Source: Candidatus Omnitrophota bacterium (GTDB taxonomy: Bacteria; Omnitrophota; Gorgyraeia; Zapsychrales; Zapsychraceae). From it: a stretch of DNA of 64,000 bases. The stretch spans positions 471,090 to 535,089 of the forward strand of contig JBFWOS010000001.1 in the NCBI GenBank assembly GCA_050250375.1, written 5' to 3'. Shown one piece after another: positions 57,848-64,000 of this stretch. The notes below the pieces were generated by a model that was given only the letters and a program-made list of their open reading frames with translations, did no database searches and had not been told where the DNA came from. The position numbers were made by a program, and so were the translations under genes. The first letter of the stretch is position 1. Every line of letters begins with the position of its first letter.

Positions 57848-58024
57848 TTAAGCTTGTTGGGCAGTTTCTTCGGCTGCTTTTTTTAAACGCGCTTCTTCAA
57901 ATAATTTAAAGGCATTCTTATTCACGAAATATTTTCCATTTCGATAATATCGTTTGGCACGTTTTAGGGTTGTTCCCGTTTGTGCACATTTCTTGCTAAT
58001 ATCTTCTTTTTCTGCTTCCGCCAT
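57848..58024 (-). CDS. Small ORF (58 aa), hypothetical basic protein
   Basis: Translating the reverse complement gives MAEAEKEDISKKCAQTGTTLKRAKRYYRNGKYFVNKNAFKLFEEARLKKAAEETAQQA. It lies between the two PilZ genes and is below the 60-aa cutoff of the ORF track. Confidence 0.3.
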   Translation of the reverse strand: MAEAEKEDISKKCAQTGTTLKRAKRYYRNGKYFVNKNAFKLFEEARLKKAAEETAQQA

Positions 58025-58069
58025 GATGTATAAACTCTCCTTTCAAAAATTATTGGTCAATCAATATGA

Positions 58070-58408
58070 TTAGTTTTCATAGATTAATTGACGCATCTTT
58101 TTTTGAGATTCTACAGCCAAACTAGGGTTAAAAAACTCTACTCCAACCTGATAATGATCCATAAATGGGATTTGTGAAATCCAGGCAATCCGCCCCGTAT
58201 ACTCAATAAATGATCCGCCTCTAAGCTGAATATTTAGAACAAGTTCCGTATTAATTGGAAGAAATTCGGCCAATCGTAGTCTTACGCCTGTTTCTGACAA
58301 ATCATACGCCACGCACCCTCTAAAATAAGCAGGGTCTTTTAATTCGTAGCGAACCGCTTCTTTAAATGCTATCCTTTTAGAAATGCGTCTTTCATCGACC
58401 GTGTTCAT
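58070..58408 (-). CDS. PilZ-domain protein (second copy)
   Basis: RRISKRIAF ... AYDLSETGVRLRL: the RxxxR and DxSxxG motifs. Confidence 0.6.
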   Translation of the reverse strand: MNTVDERRISKRIAFKEAVRYELKDPAYFRGCVAYDLSETGVRLRLAEFLPINTELVLNIQLRGGSFIEYTGRIAWISQIPFMDHYQVGVEFFNPSLAVESQKKMRQLIYEN

Positions 58409-58504
58409 TGATCTATACCTTTTTGTTCATTCTCAAGCCGCTAATTTTCAGCATTATAGCACAATCCATACCACGCACAACGTTTTTTTTGCCCCGGACA
58501 GGAG

Positions 58505-58533
58505 ACACCACCTATTGACATAAAAACTTTAAC
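58505..58533 (+). promoter_or_regulatory. Putative sigma-70 promoter for the exeA-like operon
   Basis: TTGACA, a 17-nt spacer, then TATTTT in the divergent intergenic region. An alternative is TTTACC-N17-TATAAT at about 58590..58618. Confidence 0.3.
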
Positions 58534-58627
58534 CCGTTATTTTTCAACAAATTAAGCTTAGTAGGCTTATCAATAAATCACAAAACATAGTTTACCATAT
58601 ATCACCAGCATGATATAATTCCACCAA

Positions 58628-59446
58628 ATGTATAAAGAATATTACCATCTTAAAGAAAATCCTTTCAATATAACGGCCGATCCTGATTTTTTCTTTTCGA
58701 GCGCGCAACATCGAGAGGCGATCACACATCTGATTTATGGCATACAGCAAAGAAAAGGAATAATCGCCATAACCGGTGAAATTGGCACAGGGAAAACTAC
58801 ACTCTGCCGAACCGTTTTAAGTAAATTAGACGATACGATTAAAACGGCGTTAATCTTAAATCCGAATTTCTCCGACTTACAGCTCCTCCGGCTGATCCTT
58901 CAAGATCTTGGAATCAAATCAAACGCTCGCAGTAAATATGAAATGATTGATGCTCTCAACGAATTTCTGCTGGAAGAAACGAATTCAGGAAATAATGTTG
59001 TCCTTATCATTGATGAAGCCCAAAACCTCAAAGTCAACCAGCTCGAACAGATCCGCCTTCTTTCTAACCTTGAAACAGAAAAAGAAAAACTGCTTCAAAT
59101 CGTATTAGTCGGCCAACCTGAACTTATTGATAAATTAAAACTAAATTCATTGCGACAATTAAACCAAAGAATAACGGTAAGATTCCATATAGGGTCTTTA
59201 TCCATAGACGAAATGAAAGAGTATGTCCGTCATCGAATGAAGATTGCCCAGAATTCTGACTTTACCCGGTACAGCATTCACTTTACGGATGACGCGTTCC
59301 AGAGCATTTTTGATATCTCAAAAGGCACACCCCGCATGGTCAATATTCTCTGTGACCGCGCACTTTTAGCCGGTTATGCGGCCGAAACATTCACGATCGA
59401 TCAAAATATTATCCATCGATGTTCAAGGGAGGTTGGACAAAAATGA
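58628..59446 (+). CDS. ExeA/GspA-like AAA ATPase (type II secretion / MSHA pilus MshM-like)
   Basis: YKEYYHLKENPFNITADPDFFFSSAQHREAITHLIYGIQQRKGIIAITGEIGTGKTTLCR and the Walker B VVLIIDEAQNL. ATGA-coupled to the next ORF. Confidence 0.75.
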   Translation: MYKEYYHLKENPFNITADPDFFFSSAQHREAITHLIYGIQQRKGIIAITGEIGTGKTTLCRTVLSKLDDTIKTALILNPNFSDLQLLRLILQDLGIKSNARSKYEMIDALNEFLLEETNSGNNVVLIIDEAQNLKVNQLEQIRLLSNLETEKEKLLQIVLVGQPELIDKLKLNSLRQLNQRITVRFHIGSLSIDEMKEYVRHRMKIAQNSDFTRYSIHFTDDAFQSIFDISKGTPRMVNILCDRALLAGYAAETFTIDQNIIHRCSREVGQK

Positions 59447-59973
59447 GTATAATTAATGATGCTTTAAAACGCGCACAAAAAAATCTTGAAAAAATCGGCA
59501 AACAGCCCGAAAAGCAAGAAGAAGAAAAGGTTTCCGATTTAACCAAAGATCATCGGCCAAGAATTCACCCATCCCCTATGCCACCTGAGAAAAAAGGGGC
59601 TTCCCATAAGAAGAAAAAAATGTGGTATCAGACCGTGTCGGTATTGGTTGTTATATTTTTTCTTGTAACAGGTGCGTTATTAGCCACATTATTCTTCTTG
59701 ATGAAACGTTCTTCGTCCGGAGAGACGGAAGCTGAAAGAATCAGACGCAATTATATGCCCAAAAAAATAAATCAAACGTATAAACCCGGAGAATTAGTAC
59801 TAAGCGGAACGTCTATCATAGAAAACAAACGGGTCGCCTTAATTAATGGGGATATTTACGAACAAGGTGATATTGTTGAAGGTTACCGAATAATAAAAGT
59901 TGATTTAAGCAAGGTAGAACTTCAAAGCTTAAAAGGTGATACATTAATCCTGAAAGTTTCAAATCCGGGATAA
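59443..59973 (+). CDS. GspB/ExeB-like (or PilP-like) membrane-anchored protein
   Basis: The start overlaps the exeA stop (ATGA). It has a single TM helix (VLVVIFFLVTGALLATLFFL). The C-terminal beta-rich region (LVLSGTSIIENKRVALINGDIYEQGDIVEGYRIIKVDLSKVELQ) resembles the GspB/PilP C-terminus. Confidence 0.5.
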   Translation: MSIINDALKRAQKNLEKIGKQPEKQEEEKVSDLTKDHRPRIHPSPMPPEKKGASHKKKKMWYQTVSVLVVIFFLVTGALLATLFFLMKRSSSGETEAERIRRNYMPKKINQTYKPGELVLSGTSIIENKRVALINGDIYEQGDIVEGYRIIKVDLSKVELQSLKGDTLILKVSNPG

Positions 59974-60017
59974 TTGTGGGGCTTTGACTTCAAACTTTCG
60001 TGTGGATGTAGACATTA

Positions 60018-61106
60018 TCATTCCATGTAACGACGAATGGCTGCCTTGATGACATTTACAGATATATCTTCCACAATCTTTACTGCTCCAATTTTAGAGA
60101 CCAGAACGAATCTATTTCTCCCGGAAATAAATTTCTTGTCGTGCGACATTAACTTTATTATCTGGCTTACTTTCTGCTTTTTAACTTTCTCCGGCAAACC
60201 AACCTGACTTAATAAGCCATTAACCCTGACAACCGTTTGCTGGCTGACCATTCTTAGCCGAAGAGAGATATCTGTGGCCATCCTCATCCCGAGGGCTATG
60301 GCCTGACCATGGTCGTACTGTTTAAATCCGCCGACAGCTTCAATGGCGTGCCCAATCGTATGGCCAAAATTTAGAATCGTACGTATCCCCTTAGTTTCTT
60401 TTTCATCGGCCAATACGACTTCTGTTTTTATCCGGCTGCATTGACTTACCAAATGTGACAGAACCGACTCATCGCCGTTAAAGACTTTGGAATAATTCTT
60501 CTCTATATAATCAAACAGCTTAGCGTCGTAGATAATCCCGTATTTTATGGCTTCCGCAAAACCGTTTTGAATCTGGCGTTTCGCTAATGTTTGCAAGACG
60601 GAAACATCGCTAAAGACCATTCTTGGTTGATAAAATGCTCCCAGCAAGTTCTTTCCGACAGATAAATCAACAGCGACTTTACCTCCAATCGATGAATCAA
60701 TCTGAGCAAGAAAAGTTGTCGGCACCTGTATATATGGAACGCCTCTTTTATAAGTAGCGGCCACAAATCCCGCTAAATCACCGATGACTCCCCCGCCGAA
60801 CGCTACTATAAATATTTTTTTAAATACATCATAGCGGGCAATCTTCTCAATTAACGGGATAACGACATTTGCGGATTTACTCTGTTCCCCGTCAGGGACA
60901 ATAAACTCTTTGACCGTAAACCCGTGTTTTTTCAAACTCTCAGTCAATCCCCCCCCATGCAATCGTTTAATAATGGGGGAAGTGATCAGCACGGCATCAT
61001 TCCCGACATTTAATGATTTCACATACCGCCCAATGGAGGACAACATGTTTTGTCCGATAAAGATTTTATACGGATTGTCCTTAAGAGATACGGTTATTGT
61101 TTTCAT
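60018..61106 (-). CDS. aroB: 3-dehydroquinate synthase
   Basis: FGGGVIGDLAGFVAATYKRGVPYIQVPTTFLAQIDSSIGGKVAVDL and the metal-ligand motif FGHTIGHAIE. Confidence 0.85.
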   Translation of the reverse strand: MKTITVSLKDNPYKIFIGQNMLSSIGRYVKSLNVGNDAVLITSPIIKRLHGGGLTESLKKHGFTVKEFIVPDGEQSKSANVVIPLIEKIARYDVFKKIFIVAFGGGVIGDLAGFVAATYKRGVPYIQVPTTFLAQIDSSIGGKVAVDLSVGKNLLGAFYQPRMVFSDVSVLQTLAKRQIQNGFAEAIKYGIIYDAKLFDYIEKNYSKVFNGDESVLSHLVSQCSRIKTEVVLADEKETKGIRTILNFGHTIGHAIEAVGGFKQYDHGQAIALGMRMATDISLRLRMVSQQTVVRVNGLLSQVGLPEKVKKQKVSQIIKLMSHDKKFISGRNRFVLVSKIGAVKIVEDISVNVIKAAIRRYME

Positions 61107-61741
61107 AGACCTTGCACTCCCAAATAATTAGCACTAATTGTCACGATTGGCCAAATTATCTTGGAATACAATCCAAATGGAAGCAAGACAAAAACGATAA
61201 GTATACCAAAAGGTTCCAATCGACTGTATACCGAGGCGATTTTGTTCGGCAATAGCCCCATGACAAGACGAGATCCATCCAAAGGCGGGATAGGAACCAT
61301 ATTAAAAACAGCCAACAATAGATTAATAACAATTGTATACTCTATGACCATTTTTGGATATGCTCCTAAATTTAAATCCAAAAGGTAACTCGCTATCAAT
61401 GCAATAAAAATGTTTATAAGTGGTCCGGCCATGCCCACATAAATTATGCCGCGTTTGGGATTCCTTAACCGGCTAAAATTAACCGGCACAGGTTTTGCCA
61501 GAATTATTGGCATTAAAGGACTTCCAAGAATACTTAAGAGAATGAGGAATGCGGGCAAAATGATCGTACCGAATAAATCCACGTGTTTTAATGGGTTTAA
61601 CGTCAGCCGCCCCATCAGCTTGGCTGTCGGATCGCCCAATCTATTGGCCATCCAACCGTGGGCATACTCATGCACCACAAAGGAAAGTAAAAGAACAATA
61701 AAAACGATGGTGTGTTCAATATATTGGCCTTGAATACTCAT
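61103..61741 (-). CDS. Peptidase M50-family (site-2 protease-like) membrane metalloprotease
   Basis: HEYAHGWMANRLGD (HExxH) within a polytopic membrane protein. The second zinc-ligand region reads NLLLAVFNMVPIPPLDGS (LDG motif). Confidence 0.7.
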   Translation of the reverse strand: MSIQGQYIEHTIVFIVLLLSFVVHEYAHGWMANRLGDPTAKLMGRLTLNPLKHVDLFGTIILPAFLILLSILGSPLMPIILAKPVPVNFSRLRNPKRGIIYVGMAGPLINIFIALIASYLLDLNLGAYPKMVIEYTIVINLLLAVFNMVPIPPLDGSRLVMGLLPNKIASVYSRLEPFGILIVFVLLPFGLYSKIIWPIVTISANYLGVQGL

Positions 61742-61762
61742 TTTGAATTATGTGGGCTTATA

Positions 61763-62638
61763 TTAGAGGATTAATTGGATTCGGGTAACGACAACGACCG
61801 GATACATATAAGCGTCCTTCGGAACATCTTTTATATATCCTTCAATCTTTACTTTATAATTAATGAAAGGATTAAGCAGTTGGCTAAAACCGTCAAGATA
61901 ATAAATCTTTTCAGAATCGTTGTTCAGTAAATACTGGAAACCACTATCTTTAGTGTTCTTATTTGCGGTTAAGATTCCCTGAAATGATGTCGGTGAAACT
62001 TCGGGAATTAATTCTTCAGGTTCAGGAGTTGTTTCCGCCGTTTCCTCAAGTGCAGCTTCAAACAAATCTTGCTCTACCTCTCCAGGTATATACTTACTTA
62101 CATCACTAGAGACAAAGTCGATTAAGTCTTCTGATATCCACCCATAACTGCCTTTAACCGGTTGGATCTTATACCAGCTGTCCAACTGATTTAATATGAG
62201 AATTCTATCCCCTTTATTGACTTGACCCAAAACCGTAAAATTAATACCAGCTCCCGCACGTATATTGACCCTATTGGAGGTTATTTCCCCCACTTCATGA
62301 TTGATCATTGTTACGAACTCGTTGCTGATAAAACTATTGGCGTGTTGAGGCAGACGAATTTTATACCAACTATAACTCTTGTCCTCAACAACGACATTCT
62401 GATCCAGATTCAATCGGCCCAAACTCTCAAAACTTTTACTCTGGCCTGCCCGGATATGCACGGATTTCTCTTTAATTTTTCCTAAGAAAGGGAAGAAATC
62501 CTGTTGAGCCGAAACGCCTGAATTGATTAATAGGAAGAATAGAACCAGAGATGTGATTCTGAAGTTCATATTACGCGGGAGATGATAAAGTGCAACACCT
62601 GAAAGATTACTTTTTTGCAGGGGCCTTCTCTTTCTCAT
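61763..62638 (-). CDS. Secreted protein with two bacterial SH3 (SH3b) domains
   Basis: Signal peptide. Then KSYSWYKIRLPQHANSFISNEFV and LDSWYKIQPVKGSYGWISEDLI (SH3_3-type motifs). Confidence 0.6.
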   Translation of the reverse strand: MRKRRPLQKSNLSGVALYHLPRNMNFRITSLVLFFLLINSGVSAQQDFFPFLGKIKEKSVHIRAGQSKSFESLGRLNLDQNVVVEDKSYSWYKIRLPQHANSFISNEFVTMINHEVGEITSNRVNIRAGAGINFTVLGQVNKGDRILILNQLDSWYKIQPVKGSYGWISEDLIDFVSSDVSKYIPGEVEQDLFEAALEETAETTPEPEELIPEVSPTSFQGILTANKNTKDSGFQYLLNNDSEKIYYLDGFSQLLNPFINYKVKIEGYIKDVPKDAYMYPVVVVTRIQLIL

Positions 62639-62834
62639 CTGCTTTTTCTTCTGCCTTCTTCACTTTTTTCCCAGCTTTTACTCTGACAATCTTAACTTTT
62701 GGCAGACCGATAACTGTTTGTTCATCGCTCCACTGACCCTTTTTCATCAAATCTTTAATGCGCTCAATACGGGTTAAAACCGATCTTTGTTGAGCCCCGG
62801 CCGAATCTACTCTGAGTGACGGATGTAACGACAT
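62607..62834 (-). CDS. Small basic hypothetical protein
   Basis: 75 aa, with a Lys/Glu-rich tail. The coordinate overlap with the SH3b gene is in a different frame. Confidence 0.3.
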   Translation of the reverse strand: MSLHPSLRVDSAGAQQRSVLTRIERIKDLMKKGQWSDEQTVIGLPKVKIVRVKAGKKVKKAEEKADEKEKAPAKK

Positions 62835-62835
62835 T

Positions 62836-63438
62836 TTAAAATCTCCTTACTAAGCAGTCTTTATAACGATTTTTTAGTCTTTCAGAAAACTGTTTCGCTT
62901 CTTGATGAGCAGAAAACTTACCCACACAAACAATCGAGTATTTTCCTTTCTGCATAATCGAGGTCTCATATCCCTTTTTTCTTAGATTGACTTCCTCTTT
63001 AAGCGCGCTCTGTTCCTCTTTAAAAGAAGCGACTTGAATGGTGTATTTCAACTCATCCATAACCTCTTTGGGAAGCTCGATTTCAAGAACTTCTACGGAT
63101 TTCTGCCCTGAAGGAATGTCCTCTTCCTGAACAAGGGAGGATTCCAACTCGTCTGGCTTGGGTTCTCCAGAGCGGACTATTATAGCACTTTCTTTATTTT
63201 TGTCAGCAACATTTTTTTCGATGGTAGTCTGGCTGTTTTTATGAACCTGCCCCTTCTTCACCCCCAAACAAAACACCACCACATTAGTGACAATAAATAT
63301 AATACATATCCCCACAATATGTTCGACTAATAAACTTACACTTTTTGACTGAAAATTCTGAATTGACGGCTGGTACTCGCGTTTCGTGCCATCCGGGAAA
63401 AGTTCAAACTGAGTATAGCTTTTATAAGGTTTTGACAT
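62836..63438 (-). CDS. SPOR-domain membrane protein (septal peptidoglycan-binding)
   Basis: An N-terminal TM helix. The C-terminal YTIQVASFKEEQSALKEEVNLRKKGYETSIMQKGKYSIVCVGKFSAHQEAKQFSERLK matches the SPOR fold pattern. Confidence 0.65.
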   Translation of the reverse strand: MSKPYKSYTQFELFPDGTKREYQPSIQNFQSKSVSLLVEHIVGICIIFIVTNVVVFCLGVKKGQVHKNSQTTIEKNVADKNKESAIIVRSGEPKPDELESSLVQEEDIPSGQKSVEVLEIELPKEVMDELKYTIQVASFKEEQSALKEEVNLRKKGYETSIMQKGKYSIVCVGKFSAHQEAKQFSERLKNRYKDCLVRRF

Positions 63439-63454
63439 AGAATCAATTATAATA

Positions 63455-64000
63455 CTACTTTTTATCCGAGCACAAGTAATTTCTAAATTTTTTCTGCTTG
63501 GTCAACCCTATAAACGCTTCCGCAACCTTCGGATCGAACTGAGTCCCGCTGTTGAACTTGACCTCTTTAACAGCTTCCTGAAAAGACAACCGTTTCTTAT
63601 ATGGCCGGTCAGAGGTCATTGCCAAAAAGGCATCGACCACAGATATTATTCTTGCGCCCAGCGGTATCTGTTCTTTCTTCAGTCCCGACGGATAACCCGA
63701 ACCATCATATTTCTCGTTATAATAAAGAATAATAGGCAACACAGGCTTCAGAAAATCAACCGGCTTAATAAGCTCGACGGCCCGGGCCGGCTGATCACGG
63801 ATCAGTTTAAATTCCTCAGGAGTCAATTGACTTGATTTTGATAAAACATTATATGGAATATCAATAGCCCCCGCCTCCCGCAGAATGCTGGCGTAAAAGA
63901 GATTATTGATTTGTTCTTTTGAGATCTTAAGCTCCTCGCCGAGAGAATGTACAATATTAAAATAAACAGATGAATTTCTTTTTTGTAACACCGCACTATG
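63455..64000 (-). CDS. HD-GYP-like domain protein (5'-truncated by the window edge); HD dyad apparently substituted
   Basis: YYNEKYDGSGYPSGLKKEQIPLGARIISVVDAFLAMTSDRPYK is the HD-GYP hallmark region. Where LHDIGK is expected the sequence reads ILREAGAIDIP. The frame stays open upstream to position 64000. Confidence 0.6.
   Translation of the reverse strand, partial: HSAVLQKRNSSVYFNIVHSLGEELKISKEQINNLFYASILREAGAIDIPYNVLSKSSQLTPEEFKLIRDQPARAVELIKPVDFLKPVLPIILYYNEKYDGSGYPSGLKKEQIPLGARIISVVDAFLAMTSDRPYKKRLSFQEAVKEVKFNSGTQFDPKVAEAFIGLTKQKKFRNYLCSDKK

Overview
This 64-kb window is bacterial chromosome, AT-rich, with almost every gene on the minus strand. Most of it is core housekeeping. I see ppdK, glyQS, panB, an LpxL-family lipid A acyltransferase, nfnAB-like genes, tatD, dtd, recO, the phoH/7TM-HD/ybeY operon, aspS, hisS, HU, dnaE, guaA with a GuaB3-like IMPDH paralog, groESL with a CIRCE operator, coaX, uvrB, aroB, apt, a sigma-70 factor and one tRNA-Arg(CCT). 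The presence of LpxL, an outer-membrane porin and NfnAB plus PPDK suggests an anaerobic Gram-negative bacterium. It may belong to an uncultivated lineage such as Omnitrophota, but that is a guess from gene content only. Four things stand out against this background. (1) At the left edge, a 1043-aa protein (190..3321) joins a Flp/Tad-type prepilin N-terminus to about 20 tandem 45-aa cysteine-rich repeats, and a truncated paralog with the same pilin N-terminus follows it. (2) A 2800-aa protein (41865..50267) has a Sec-type signal peptide, a class I SAM methyltransferase motif and a complete PEP-synthase/PPDK-like module (ATP-grasp, phosphohistidine swivel, PEP-utilizers TIM barrel) embedded in long unassigned regions, plus a second degenerate swivel-like segment. 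(3) A ParA/MinD-type ATPase (4194..5444) is fused to an AMPK-beta/CBM48 glycogen-binding domain. (4) A Hel308/Ski2-like helicase, normally archaeal or eukaryotic, is the main plus-strand gene (25521..27749). A c-di-GMP-related cluster (two PilZ proteins, an ExeA/GspA-like ATPase, a GspB-like protein and a degenerate HD-GYP at the right edge) is also present. I found no CRISPR arrays, rRNA, transposases or integrases. All functional calls rest on motif recognition in the supplied translations and on reading the DNA, not on database searches.
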